The notes: generated by a model not told the origin, from the letters alone. DNA of 59,397 bases from Chitinophagaceae bacterium (GCA_017998385.1 JAGODE010000001.1:26457-85853), one strand, 5' to 3'. Shown: positions 8,692 through 18,660, counted from the first letter of the stretch. Numbers and translations are program-made.

Positions 8692-9567
8692 TTAGTATCC
8701 TTTCTTGGGTTCGAGCAGTTTGAAGAACTGGTCAAGCTGAGGCAGGATGACGATACGTGTGCGGCGGTTTTGTGCACGGCCTTCTGCTGTATCATTGCTG
8801 GCAACGGGTTTGTATTCGCCGCGACCGGCTGCAGCCATCTTGGCAGGATCGAGTCCATATTGATTTTGCAGGATGCGAACTACAGAGGTAGCGCGCATAA
8901 CGCTAAGATCCCAGTTATCCTGCAGGTTGCCGGCGCCTTTGTAAGCAACATTATCGGTATGGCCTTCTACCATAAACTCGATATCGGGTTGATTTTTCAG
9001 AACGTCTGCAACTTTACCCAGTACTTCTTTGGCCTGAGGAGTTACATCAAACTTGCCTGTTTTGAAAAGTAGTTTATCAGAAATGTCGATGTATACCACA
9101 CCTTTGTCTACTTTGATATTGATATCCTGATCGTCGAGGTTGCCGATAGCGCCTTTCAGATTCATCACCAGGGCCATATTCAAAGAGTCTTTACGGGCCA
9201 TTTGCTGTTGCAGCGACTGGATGTAGTTATCTTTTGCACCAATATTTTCCATTGATTTTTTGATGCTTTCTGCCTGTGCAGAACTGATCACAGACAGGTC
9301 TTCGAGTTGCTTAAGTGCCTGGGTATTGTTTGCTTTCAGAAAATCAATCTGATTTTTCAGATTGGCGATATCATTTTCAAGGCCGGCTTTTTGCTGATTA
9401 AGGGCTGCCTTTTCGTTTGTACAATCATTGAGCGACCCCTGCAGCTGTGTCTGTTTGGCTTGCAGGTCGGCCAGGTCTTGCTGTGATTTCTTGAATTTCT
9501 TGGAGCTAACGCAAGAAAACAGGAAAACCGCAGAAAGGGCTGGCAGGAGGACTTGTTTGATAGTCAT
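8692..9567 (-). CDS. OmpA family lipoprotein with a coiled-coil linker
   Basis: Start moved to the internal ATG at 9567, giving signal/lipobox LSAVFLFSC. The C-terminus VEGHTDNVAY...LSVMRATSV...NRRTRIVILP is OmpA/MotB-like. Confidence 0.85.
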   Translation of the reverse strand: MTIKQVLLPALSAVFLFSCVSSKKFKKSQQDLADLQAKQTQLQGSLNDCTNEKAALNQQKAGLENDIANLKNQIDFLKANNTQALKQLEDLSVISSAQAESIKKSMENIGAKDNYIQSLQQQMARKDSLNMALVMNLKGAIGNLDDQDINIKVDKGVVYIDISDKLLFKTGKFDVTPQAKEVLGKVADVLKNQPDIEFMVEGHTDNVAYKGAGNLQDNWDLSVMRATSVVRILQNQYGLDPAKMAAAGRGEYKPVASNDTAEGRAQNRRTRIVILPQLDQFFKLLEPKKGY

Positions 9568-9641
9568 TGGACAAATTTTTAAATGAAAAATATTGTTTTG
9601 GTGTATACTGTGCTGTCCGGGGGCATCAGTTGGTAAGGGCG

Positions 9642-9649
9642 CAAAGATA
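9642..9649 (-). promoter_or_regulatory. -7 promoter box (TATCTTTG on the minus strand)
   Basis: The plus strand reads CAAAGATA, ~75 nt upstream of the 9567 start. Confidence 0.45.
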
Positions 9650-9776
9650 TAAACTCTGCTCCTCCTATTTATGGGTGATTTGTTAAAACCCACACCCCAA
9701 AACAGGCCTTTTTACCGAAATTCTTTTACACTCTGCCAAAAAATCGGCCAAATTTGCTCCAATCAACCACTTTTTT

Positions 9777-11051
9777 ATGACTACCAGAAAAGCTGCTATT
9801 GGCTTTATTTTTATTACGCTGCTGATTGACGTAATGGGTTGGGGGTTGATTATTCCGGTAATGCCCGACCTGATTGCACAATTAAAAAATATTCCGGTAA
9901 ATGAGGCAAGTCCCTATGGGGCATTGCTTCTTTCTGCATATGCTGTAACACAATTTTTATTTGCACCGGTTATTGGTAACCTGAGCGATCAGTATGGTCG
10001 CCGGCCAGTACTACTTTTTTCTTTGCTGGGTTTTGGTATCGACTATTTGTTTCTGGCCCTTGCACCGGCATATGGATGGCTGTTTGCAGGCCGGGTAATT
10101 GCTGGTATTACAGGAGCCAGCTTTACTACTGCGGCTGCCTATATTGCTGATGTAAGTACTCCCGAAACACGCGCCAAAAACTTTGGAATGATCGGTGCGG
10201 CATTCGGGCTGGGATTCGTGATAGGACCTGCACTGGGGGGACTGCTGGCGGGCTGGGGAATCCGTGCCCCGTTTTATGCGGCGGCAGTACTTTGCCTGCT
10301 CAACAGTCTGTATGGCTATTTTCTGCTGCCTGAGTCATTACCGGCCAGTAACCGCCGCAAGTTTGAATGGAAACGGGCCAATCCTGTCGGTTCGCTCCTT
10401 TTTTTGCGCAAGTATCCTACTATTAACGGGCTGGCTGTTGCTTTTTTCCTTATCTATTTTGCCGCACAGGCCGTACAGGGTAACTGGAGTTTCTTTACTA
10501 TTTATCAGTTTAGCTGGACAGAAAAGATGGTCGGTATTTCGCTGGCCGTGGTAGGTCTGCTGGTAGGCCTGGTACAGGCCGGGCTCACGCGGGTGGTAAA
10601 CCCACGACTGGGAAATGATAAAAGTATCTACCTCGGTCTTTTCCTGTATGCCCTTGGATTAATTCTTTTTGCTTTTGCAACAGAAACCTGGATGATGTTT
10701 GCCTTCCTGGTTCCATACTGCCTGGGCGGTATATGCGGCCCGGCCTTGCAGTCTGTCATTGCGGGTCACGTTTCACCCAATGAGCAGGGCGAACTTCAGG
10801 GAGCACTTACCAGCCTTATGAGCCTGACTACTATTATCGGACCGCCGATCATGAACAATATCTTTTTCTATTTTACCAAAGAGAATGCACCCATACATTT
10901 CCCCGGCGCATTTTTTTTGCTGGCAGGTATTATTATGCTGGTGAGCCTGGTAATCACCTTTAATGTATTGCGGCGCGAAAAAAGAGAGAATCCTGCGCTA
11001 CGGCAGGTCATTGAAGGACCTGCAGAGGGCACAGCACCGGGCGGTCACTGA
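9777..11051 (+). CDS. MFS transporter, TCR/Tet (DHA1)-like
   Basis: About 12 predicted TM segments. Motif-A-like [14 protein letters not shown] after TM2. Confidence 0.85.
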   Translation: MTTRKAAIGFIFITLLIDVMGWGLIIPVMPDLIAQLKNIPVNEASPYGALLLSAYAVTQFLFAPVIGNLSDQYGRRPVLLFSLLGFGIDYLFLALAPAYGWLFAGRVIAGITGASFTTAAAYIADVSTPETRAKNFGMIGAAFGLGFVIGPALGGLLAGWGIRAPFYAAAVLCLLNSLYGYFLLPESLPASNRRKFEWKRANPVGSLLFLRKYPTINGLAVAFFLIYFAAQAVQGNWSFFTIYQFSWTEKMVGISLAVVGLLVGLVQAGLTRVVNPRLGNDKSIYLGLFLYALGLILFAFATETWMMFAFLVPYCLGGICGPALQSVIAGHVSPNEQGELQGALTSLMSLTTIIGPPIMNNIFFYFTKENAPIHFPGAFFLLAGIIMLVSLVITFNVLRREKRENPALRQVIEGPAEGTAPGGH

Positions 11052-11405
11052 TCAGGACAGGGCCTCAGTAAGCGCTGCTACATTTTTCTTTTCATTACCG
11101 ATAAAAATTTTGTCGCCCATTATTACAACGGGGCGTTTAAGAAACGTATACTCTTCCAGTATCAACCGGCGGTAATCGGCCTCTGTGAGCTGTTTATCTT
11201 TCAGCCCAAGTTCTTTGTACTTAAGGGCACGCCGGCTAAACAGGGCTTCATAGGAGCCCGCCATTTTTTTCATGGCATCCAGCTGGGCAGGAGTTATCGC
11301 CTCAGTTTTGATATCCTGCATTTCAAACCCTTTTTTATCGATGCCGGTACTGGCAATGATGGCCTGGCAGGTGGTACAGTTGGCCAGGTGATAGATTTTT
11401 TTCAT
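11052..11405 (-). CDS. ArsC/Spx/MgsR family protein
   Basis: 117 aa. The N-terminal IYHLANCTTCQ matches the thioredoxin-like fold motif of the ArsC family. Confidence 0.75.
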   Translation of the reverse strand: MKKIYHLANCTTCQAIIASTGIDKKGFEMQDIKTEAITPAQLDAMKKMAGSYEALFSRRALKYKELGLKDKQLTEADYRRLILEEYTFLKRPVVIMGDKIFIGNEKKNVAALTEALS

Positions 11406-11643
11406 ATGAAATTAAACAGAGACTGTGCGTTTTGGTTTACGCACTGTCCAATTTGCTGGCAGCGACTCTATCTGAAATGTATCCAGGAGCATATCTGTGT
11501 GATCCGGAGGCAGTTTTTATCCTTTGAAAACGCCTGCATACCGCCGGGGATAGTTTGGTAAAATAGCGGCACAAAAATGTTGCTATCTGAATTGAGTCAC
11601 TACCAAATTGCTTTACTTTGTACAACTTATTCAAAAATGTTAT

Positions 11644-12372
11644 ATGGGCAAAGATGAAGTATTTAAAACGGAGATTGAGCAGGTAAGCGATTTTAAGTTT
11701 GGGGCCAATGTGGCGAGTGTATTTGATGATATGGTCAACCGGTCTGTGCCCTATTACGGCGAGATGCAGCGAATGATGGCCGAACTGGCCGCAGATCACG
11801 CTCGCGAGGGATCGGATGTATATGATCTTGGCTGCTCTACCGGTACTACTATGGTCGGTATGAATACGCTGGTCAACCCCGGTATCCGTTTTGTAGGCAT
11901 CGACGATTCTGCAGAGATGCTTGATAAATGCAGATCTAAGCTCACCGAACTCGGCTTTACCCGCCCTTTCGATCTCCGGTGCGCCGACCTTAACCAGGGT
12001 GTTGAGATAGAAAATGCTTCTGTGGTGGTACTTTGCCTCACGCTTCAGTTTGTGCGGCCCATTTACCGCGAGCGGCTGATAAAGGATATTTATAAAGGCC
12101 TAAACCCCGGAGGCGCACTTATTCTGATTGAGAAAATTCTGGCCGAAGAAAGCAATTTTAACCGCGATTTTATCCGCTATTATTACAATTACAAACGCCG
12201 TAATCAATATAGTGAGCTGGAGATTTCTCAAAAACGCGAAGCGCTCGAAAATGTGCTGATTCCTTACAAACTCAGTGAAAACATTTCACTGCTGCGTGAC
12301 CAGGGCTTTGCGCATTGTGAAGTTTTTTTCAAGTGGTATAATTTTGCCGGCCTTATTGCTGTAAAAAAATAA
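11644..12372 (+). CDS. cmoA: Carboxy-S-adenosyl-L-methionine synthase
   Basis: FKFGANVASVFDDMVNRSVPYYGEMQ plus the SAM-binding VYDLGCSTG. The size and order match CmoA. Start set at the ATG at 11644. Confidence 0.8.
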   Translation: MGKDEVFKTEIEQVSDFKFGANVASVFDDMVNRSVPYYGEMQRMMAELAADHAREGSDVYDLGCSTGTTMVGMNTLVNPGIRFVGIDDSAEMLDKCRSKLTELGFTRPFDLRCADLNQGVEIENASVVVLCLTLQFVRPIYRERLIKDIYKGLNPGGALILIEKILAEESNFNRDFIRYYYNYKRRNQYSELEISQKREALENVLIPYKLSENISLLRDQGFAHCEVFFKWYNFAGLIAVKK

Positions 12373-12445
12373 CATCCCTGGTTCTGATCGCTGCAGCGGC
12401 CGGTTGCATGCGCGACTGAGTAATACCGGCTCAATAAACTTTTTT

Positions 12446-13168
12446 ATGGTTGCTATTGGAAATTTTTTCTTTAAGTACCGCAACTGGATTTTTATCCTGT
12501 TTTACGGCGCTTTATTTATTCCATCCTGGCCCCTGTTTTCTGCCAGCTACTTTGGCGAATATTACTACCTGCTACCCATTGGCCTGGGTTTATTTATTAC
12601 TGTGCTCGGTCAGCTGATCAGGGGCCTCACCATTGGTCTGGCTTATATCGTGCGGGGTGGCAAAGAGGGTAAACCTTATGCAGAAGGATTGGTAACGGAT
12701 GGCATTTTCCGTCATTGCCGCAATCCCCTGTATGTGGGTAATATCCTCATGCTGCTGGGCGTGGGCATACTGGCCAACTCCCTTTTTTATGTAGCTCTTG
12801 TAATTCCCGTATTTCTCTTTATTTATCAAGCAATTGTACTTGCAGAAGAGAATTTCCTTCGAGGCAAATTCGGGCCTGGTTTTGATGAATACTGCCGCCA
12901 TGTAAACCGTTGGATACCCCGGCTTTCCGGCCTGGGAGAAACGTTTGCCAGCATGTCATTCAACTGGCGGCGCTGGATCCTGAAAGAGCATACCACCCAG
13001 TTTATCTGGCTGATTGGTATTACATTATTGCTGCTGTTTAACTATCCCGAGCTCACGGGCCACGATACACAACTGCGCAACTGGCTTACCGGCATCATTC
13101 TGGGTATACTTTTACTGATCTATATCCTGATCCGGTATCTGAAAAAAACGGGTAAGTTCAGGGAATAA
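12446..13168 (+). CDS. Membrane methyltransferase of the ICMT/PEMT-like family
   Basis: Polytopic membrane protein with GLVTDGIFRHCRNPLYVGNILMLLG, the conserved RHP/RNP-Y motif of isoprenylcysteine carboxyl and phospholipid methyltransferases. ATG at 12446 is preferred over TTG at 12404. Confidence 0.65.
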   Translation: MVAIGNFFFKYRNWIFILFYGALFIPSWPLFSASYFGEYYYLLPIGLGLFITVLGQLIRGLTIGLAYIVRGGKEGKPYAEGLVTDGIFRHCRNPLYVGNILMLLGVGILANSLFYVALVIPVFLFIYQAIVLAEENFLRGKFGPGFDEYCRHVNRWIPRLSGLGETFASMSFNWRRWILKEHTTQFIWLIGITLLLLFNYPELTGHDTQLRNWLTGIILGILLLIYILIRYLKKTGKFRE

Positions 13169-13219
13169 ATCCCCGGGGCCTGAGCGGGGCAGTCCTGAAC
13201 ATTCCCCGGAAAATCTTGT

Positions 13220-13227
13220 TACTTTTG
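13220..13227 (+). promoter_or_regulatory. -7 promoter box TACTTTTG
   Basis: Exact TAnnTTTG, 49 nt upstream of the ATG at 13276. Confidence 0.4.
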
Positions 13228-13275
13228 CATAAATACGCCTCCTGGCCCTGGCCGGAAGCATGAAAACACAGCGTC

Positions 13276-13872
13276 ATGATCAAAACAGGTAATCCTATTA
13301 TCAGCATTTATACAGAAATGACTCCCAATCCGGAAACAATGAAGTTTGTGGCCAACAAACTGTTGTATCCCGGCAAAAGCGTTGACTTTCCCGATGCTGA
13401 AAGCGCGAAACCGTCGCCACTGGCCATTGAGCTTTTTGGCTTTCCTTTTATTAAAGCGGTTTTTGTAGCCAGCAATTTTGTAACACTTACCAAAACACCG
13501 GAAACCGAATGGCAGGATGTAATTCCCGCCATCCGCCAGTTCCTGAAAGAATACCTCGAAGAAGGCAAGCCTGTTGTAAATGAAGAAGAGCTTGCTTCTA
13601 CACGTCCCGCCAGTACCAATGAAGTGGCTGCCGATGATGATGATGTGGTAAAGCGTATCAAGGAGCTGCTCGACAACTACGTACGTCCTGCAGTAGAAAT
13701 GGATGGAGGAGCCATTCAATTCAAAAGTTATGAAGCAGGCACTGTTAACCTGAGTATGCAGGGCGCCTGTAGCGGATGCCCCTCTTCCATGATCACGCTT
13801 AAAGCCGGTATCGAAGGCATGATGAAGCGAATGATACCCGAAGTAAAAGAAGTGGTTGCCGAATCTGAATAA
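13276..13872 (+). CDS. NifU/Nfu family Fe-S cluster scaffold protein
   Basis: N-terminal Nfu_N-like MTPNPETMKF and C-terminal NifU motif CSGCPSS. Confidence 0.85.
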   Translation: MIKTGNPIISIYTEMTPNPETMKFVANKLLYPGKSVDFPDAESAKPSPLAIELFGFPFIKAVFVASNFVTLTKTPETEWQDVIPAIRQFLKEYLEEGKPVVNEEELASTRPASTNEVAADDDDVVKRIKELLDNYVRPAVEMDGGAIQFKSYEAGTVNLSMQGACSGCPSSMITLKAGIEGMMKRMIPEVKEVVAESE

Positions 13873-13893
13873 TTTTTACAGCTATCTTTTTAT

Positions 13894-13921
13894 AAAGCGG
13901 AGTCAACAGCTCCGCTTTTTT
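13894..13921 (+). terminator. Intrinsic terminator after the NifU-family gene; it overlaps the stop of the convergent gene
   Basis: GCGGAG-TCAACAG-CTCCGC followed by TTTTTT. Confidence 0.6.
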
Positions 13922-15038
13922 ATTTTCTTTCCACCGTCTTTTTCCAGATCACGTTTCGCTGAGCCAGGTAGTCGAGTATGAATTGAAAACAACCGGCCCG
14001 GGCACCCACTTTTTCGGGAGGGAAAACTCCTTTCCCGATGAATAAACCCTGCAGCAGCAGCTCTGCCGCAGCTGTACAGGTAAAACCCGTAGTGCGGGCC
14101 ATGGAAGAAAAACCTGTAACAGGATCGTAGTAGTCAAGCAGTGAATAGGTGATTGTTTGCTGCGGCCCGCTGAGTATTACTTTCATAACAGTAAACTCCG
14201 GTTCGCCGGGTTGCAGTTTCCATTGATTAAGTAATACGGCGCTGGTAAGATCAAGCGGTATAACCTCCCTATCTGCCGCCATCACAGCTTCGGTATTAAA
14301 AAAACCGGCTTGCTGCAAAGCGATAATCAGATCAATATGACCCGGATAGCGAAGTGTTTTTTCCTTCATGTCGGGAATATGCGACATCGTATATACGAGC
14401 GAGCGGAGGCCATCTGTATTGAATGCTTCAAGCATACCCGCTTCGCCAAAATCAAGCAATTCACGGTCGCTGAGTGCCGGTTTTGTAACAAGCCGGCCAT
14501 TTTCCACCAGGCGGGCCGGACGCAGATACTCCTGTATCACATCTACCGGAGAAAAAGGGGCTTTGTAGTAAAATGGCGGCTGGGGATGCACAGGCAGTCC
14601 GCCTACATAACAGGCAAAAGAGGAAATTTCCATATGAGCATCGTAGTGACCTGCTATCAGATTGCTCATGCCGGGTGCCACGCCACAATCTGTAATTATC
14701 GTTACCCCTTTTTGTATCGCCAGCTCATGCAGTTCAAGAGCGTCTTCGGGAAAAAAGGAAATATCCACAACATTTTTTCCTGCCTCAATCACCTGTTTCA
14801 GCAATTGATAACCCATAAACCCCGGTACAGCGGTGATGACAAGATCGTAGGGGGCCAGCAGCGCAGAGAGATCGGCCTGCCTCAAATCTGCCGGTTGAAT
14901 TTCAATAACAGGTTGCCGGGTCTGAAGTTTTTTCAACTGATCTGTATTCTGGTCAAGTGATGTGACCCGGTGACGCGAGCTCAGATCAATGGCAATGGCA
15001 CTTCCTACCATACCCGCACCCAGTACTGCAATCGTCAT
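13920..15038 (-). CDS. Saccharopine dehydrogenase family oxidoreductase
   Basis: N-terminal Rossmann motif IAVLGAGMVGS. The length and C-terminal region are typical of saccharopine/lysine dehydrogenase-like proteins. ATG at 15038 (the track start at 15044 is TTG). Confidence 0.75.
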   Translation of the reverse strand: MTIAVLGAGMVGSAIAIDLSSRHRVTSLDQNTDQLKKLQTRQPVIEIQPADLRQADLSALLAPYDLVITAVPGFMGYQLLKQVIEAGKNVVDISFFPEDALELHELAIQKGVTIITDCGVAPGMSNLIAGHYDAHMEISSFACYVGGLPVHPQPPFYYKAPFSPVDVIQEYLRPARLVENGRLVTKPALSDRELLDFGEAGMLEAFNTDGLRSLVYTMSHIPDMKEKTLRYPGHIDLIIALQQAGFFNTEAVMAADREVIPLDLTSAVLLNQWKLQPGEPEFTVMKVILSGPQQTITYSLLDYYDPVTGFSSMARTTGFTCTAAAELLLQGLFIGKGVFPPEKVGARAGCFQFILDYLAQRNVIWKKTVERK

Positions 15039-15177
15039 AATCAATCAGGCTTTGTGTAGTAATAAAGTTAACCATTCCACGTCCGGAATATTGCAGCCTT
15101 TTTTATTAAACTTTTTTATACTTAATAACTTTGTTCCGGCGCTTTTGAAAGTTTGTAAAGCGTTGTATTTTACCGGC

Positions 15178-16044
15178 ATGGATAGCGACGCAACCAAAAT
15201 AACTCTTTCCTGTTCAGACGGGTATAAGCTGGATGGTCTCTTATTTGAGCCTTCGGCAGCAGCCCGGGGCGTTATAGTAATGCAGGGTGGTACGGGTATA
15301 AAAAAGGAGTTTTATTCTAACTTCTGCGATTTTTTGCGGCAGCAGGGCTTTGTGGTCATTTCGTATGACTACCGGGGGATCGGTGGCAGCCGGCATGGTT
15401 CACTCAAGGGTCTGAATGCCTCCTTAATGGATTGGGGGCAGCTGGATATGAAAGCAGCCATTGCTTATGGTGAAACGCAGTATCCTGATTTGCCGATGTT
15501 GCTGATCGGACATAGTATTGGCACACAGCTTATCGGTTTTACGCCCAACAATGACCGGTTAAAGCTGGTGATTGGTATTGCCAGCTCAACAGGCACCTGG
15601 TGGAAGATGAAATGGCCGGGAAATATGCGGTCATTCCTGTTGTGGTACATTATCCATCCTGTGCTGACTCCTTTATTTGGCTATGCTCCTCTCAAACGCT
15701 TACGTATTATGGAAGATCTGCCGCGTGGTGTGATCCGCCAATGGAGCCGGTGGTGCCGGAGCTCATTTTATTTTGGGAGTCATTTGGGTGAGTCTATTCC
15801 GCAAGAGGATTTTTATCCGTTAAAAGTGCCTTTCATTATTCATTATTTTAAAGACGATACCATTGCCAATGATGAGACTGTTACAGACCTCACGGGTATT
15901 TACAGGGGTACCCGCATCCGCATGATAAAACACCGGGCTAAAGATTATCATTTAAAGAAAGTAGGCCACTCAGGTATGTTTTCGCGCCGTTTTAAGAATA
16001 GCTTCTGGAAGCGTATTGCAGATGAAGCGGAGCGTTATATCTGA
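15178..16044 (+). CDS. Alpha/beta hydrolase
   Basis: Start moved to the ATG at 15178; the upstream part of the ORF overlaps the neighbouring gene. Nucleophile elbow GHSIG. C-terminal GHSGMF. Confidence 0.7.
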   Translation: MDSDATKITLSCSDGYKLDGLLFEPSAAARGVIVMQGGTGIKKEFYSNFCDFLRQQGFVVISYDYRGIGGSRHGSLKGLNASLMDWGQLDMKAAIAYGETQYPDLPMLLIGHSIGTQLIGFTPNNDRLKLVIGIASSTGTWWKMKWPGNMRSFLLWYIIHPVLTPLFGYAPLKRLRIMEDLPRGVIRQWSRWCRSSFYFGSHLGESIPQEDFYPLKVPFIIHYFKDDTIANDETVTDLTGIYRGTRIRMIKHRAKDYHLKKVGHSGMFSRRFKNSFWKRIADEAERYI

Positions 16045-16608
16045 TCACGTTGTTTTTCCGGCCTTGTTTCTTTTTCCGATACGAAACGCCAGTGGTTGCG
16101 ATGCATCAACAGGCTGCAGCATATCTTTCAATAAATTAAACAGCTGCTGAAATTTCTTATCTGGTTTTTTCATCTTTTTCTCCATTTTTTCTACCTCTCT
16201 ATATAACGCATCGTTGACAATTGCGGCATTACGGAGCCGGTTAAAGATGCGAATGAGCTGCATATTGACGGCAATGGCCGCATCTGTTTTCAGCAAACCA
16301 GATAACATGCAGATTCCCTTTTCTGTAAACGCCATGGGAGCCTGTTGCGCCCTGCCAGAGCCATCTTTTGGTTTTGAGGTCACAGATTGAGGACTCAACA
16401 ATCGCTGCTCCCCGCGGGTAAGCTCAAACATAAAATCGGGCGGAAACCGGCGTTTATTACGTCTTACCGCCTGCTTAAGCACTTTTACGGGTGTTTGATA
16501 CAGCAGGGCCAGATCGCTGTCAAGCATTACTTTTTGTCCCCTTATCAGATGAACCTTATCCAGCCCTTTGGCGTCTGGCGCAAGCCATTGTTCGACTGTT
16601 TTTTTCAT
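16045..16608 (-). CDS. ORF6N domain-containing protein
   Basis: IRGQKVMLDSDLALLY...NKRRFPPDFMFELT is the characteristic ORF6N (KilA-N-related) DNA-binding domain pattern. Confidence 0.7.
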   Translation of the reverse strand: MKKTVEQWLAPDAKGLDKVHLIRGQKVMLDSDLALLYQTPVKVLKQAVRRNKRRFPPDFMFELTRGEQRLLSPQSVTSKPKDGSGRAQQAPMAFTEKGICMLSGLLKTDAAIAVNMQLIRIFNRLRNAAIVNDALYREVEKMEKKMKKPDKKFQQLFNLLKDMLQPVDASQPLAFRIGKRNKAGKTT

Positions 16609-16739
16609 GGATTAAGGTTTAGAGTACAAACATATTGGTGTGATTTCAGGTAATCTGGGGTTTTTGACGAGAAAAAAGACGTTTTTTTCTGGAAAAAAAG
16701 GGCTTTTGTATCCTGATAATAATCCTAAACCACTTTTTT

Positions 16740-17342
16740 ATGCACTACTGTCGCTTCCTTTTCCTGTTGATTGGCCTGCCTTTTATGGCCAATGCTCAAA
16801 TAGATGAGCCCAGTATACGGGATCTCAAAGCCGGACGATTCAAAGAAGACACCAGTTATATTTATACGTTGCCGTTTGAGCATCGTAAAAAGGTTTTTCT
16901 GATACAGGCGTACGAAAGTAAAATGAGCCATCGGGGAGAGCGGGCTCTTGATTTCAAAATCAAAAAGGGCACACGTATATGTGCGGCGCGAAGCGGAGTG
17001 GTGGTAGCTGCCAGGGGCGATTCTAAAACGGGAGGACTAAAACCCGAAAATCTCTCGGATGGCAATTATATTTCTATACGGCATGACGATGGAAGTGTGG
17101 CCCATTACTGGCACCTTGATTACAATGGGGTAAGGGTTGCCGCCGGCGACAGTGTGGTATCCGGGCAATGGATCGGGTTGAGCGGCAATACCGGGTACTC
17201 TGCTTTTCCTCATTTACACTTCGAAGTGCAGGGACCTGATAAAAACGGACAAATCGTACAGCTGGCCACCCGTTTTCAAACGCATAAAGGAGTGCGGTAT
17301 CTGCGGCCCGGACGTTTTTACCGTACTGTTCATCCGAAATAA
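16740..17342 (+). CDS. M23 family metallopeptidase (paralog 1)
   Basis: Signal peptide. Motifs HRGERALDF, HYWHL and GNTGYSAFPHLHFEV (HxH zinc site). Confidence 0.85.
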   Translation: MHYCRFLFLLIGLPFMANAQIDEPSIRDLKAGRFKEDTSYIYTLPFEHRKKVFLIQAYESKMSHRGERALDFKIKKGTRICAARSGVVVAARGDSKTGGLKPENLSDGNYISIRHDDGSVAHYWHLDYNGVRVAAGDSVVSGQWIGLSGNTGYSAFPHLHFEVQGPDKNGQIVQLATRFQTHKGVRYLRPGRFYRTVHPK

Positions 17343-17413
17343 TTTTCCTTCTGTAAAATTGCTTTGATCAGGTTGACTGCATGTATTATCTTAAGCTCTT
17401 TAAATAGCCTTAC

Positions 17414-17944
17414 ATGCTTTTTCTGCTCATTTTTAGCGCATTGGTGCTGGCTCCGTTGATTGTTGCCTTTTTAATGCCGGGATCATACCGCATCGAAAAA
17501 TCAATTATAATCAAACAGGCGCCTGAAAAAGTTATACAACTGGTCGGAGATTTTCATCAGCATAGCTTATGGAATACCTGGCTGCAGGTAGATAAGTCTG
17601 CAGAGACTACAATCAAAGGTTCTCCTTTTTCAAAAGGGCATGTGCTGGAATGGACAGGAAAAAAAATTGGCAAAGGCACGATTACTGTTGCTGACATCAG
17701 TGAGCGGCTTCTTCACTTTGAACAGCGTTATCAAAAACCCTGGTCATCTGTAGCCCAGGATCATTGGGTTTTTGAGCCCTGGGGCGAAAGTGAAGTAAAA
17801 GTAACCTGGCAAAAAAACGGAGGCCTGCCCTGGCCAATTGCGCGCCTGATGGGTCCGGTAATAAACCGCAATCTCGGCTACCAGGTTGAAAGGGGCCTGG
17901 CCAATCTGAAAGAAATCAGCGAGACTACATCCAACAAAGTATAA
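17414..17944 (+). CDS. SRPBCC (START/polyketide-cyclase-like) family protein with an N-terminal TM anchor
   Basis: 176 aa. The pattern IEKSIIIKQAPEKV...F..WN.W is typical of SRPBCC ligand-binding proteins. This call is weaker than the others. Confidence 0.55.
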   Translation: MLFLLIFSALVLAPLIVAFLMPGSYRIEKSIIIKQAPEKVIQLVGDFHQHSLWNTWLQVDKSAETTIKGSPFSKGHVLEWTGKKIGKGTITVADISERLLHFEQRYQKPWSSVAQDHWVFEPWGESEVKVTWQKNGGLPWPIARLMGPVINRNLGYQVERGLANLKEISETTSNKV

Positions 17945-17968
17945 CCAGTACTGTTGTTTAAAGAAGAA

Positions 17969-18592
17969 ATGATATCACCAGTGAAATCGACCCTGCTGGC
18001 CTGTTGTGTACTTGCAATTTTATCTTCCTGTGCCGTCAGCAACAATCCGTTGCGCAAACAAACCATTCTGCTCCGTAAAGGAAAACTCGTAGACGATACC
18101 AGCTACGTATATGCCCTGCCTTATGAAGATGGCAGATCTTACCGGATGATACAGGGTTATTTCAGCCATTTTTCGCACCGGGAGCGTGCTGCACTGGATT
18201 TTAAAATGAAAAGAGGTTCAAAAATCTGCGCGGCAAGAGAGGGTGTGGTAGTGCGGGTAAAAGAAGATGGCGACCGCGGCGGCTGGAATAAAAAATACCG
18301 CCCTTATGGCAACAACATTGTCATCGAACACCCGGACGGTACAAGAGCAGGATACTGGCATCTGCAAAAAGACGGTGCACTTGTAAATGTCGGAGATACC
18401 GTTGCCCGCGGACAGGTGATTGCACTAAGTGGTAAAACTGGTTATGCCGCCGTGCCTCATTTACATTTTATGGTATGGAGGTCTGGCCCTTCGGGCTGGC
18501 AACAGGTTCCCACCCGGTTTGAAACCAGGAATGGCCCACAATACCTGCGCAGCTGGAAAAAATATATACGACCGGCAACCAGCACTCCCTGA
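17969..18592 (+). CDS. M23 family metallopeptidase (paralog 2), lipoprotein
   Basis: ATG at 17969 gives the lipobox LSSC. Motifs HRERAALDF, GYWHL and GKTGYAAVPHLHFMV align position for position with the 16740 gene. Confidence 0.85.
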   Translation: MISPVKSTLLACCVLAILSSCAVSNNPLRKQTILLRKGKLVDDTSYVYALPYEDGRSYRMIQGYFSHFSHRERAALDFKMKRGSKICAAREGVVVRVKEDGDRGGWNKKYRPYGNNIVIEHPDGTRAGYWHLQKDGALVNVGDTVARGQVIALSGKTGYAAVPHLHFMVWRSGPSGWQQVPTRFETRNGPQYLRSWKKYIRPATSTP

Positions 18593-18660
18593 TATATTTC
18601 CCTATTGCATAAATGACAGCTACCTATTTTAGCTATGTTTACAATCAAAGCGCTTAACAC

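Noticed and set aside
16045-16608. The ORF6N (KilA-N-related) gene as a sign of a prophage or integrative element.
   Set aside because: No integrase, transposase, phage structural or conjugation genes flank it, and the neighbours are ordinary metabolic and cell-wall genes. Solitary ORF6N genes are common in Bacteroidota chromosomes.
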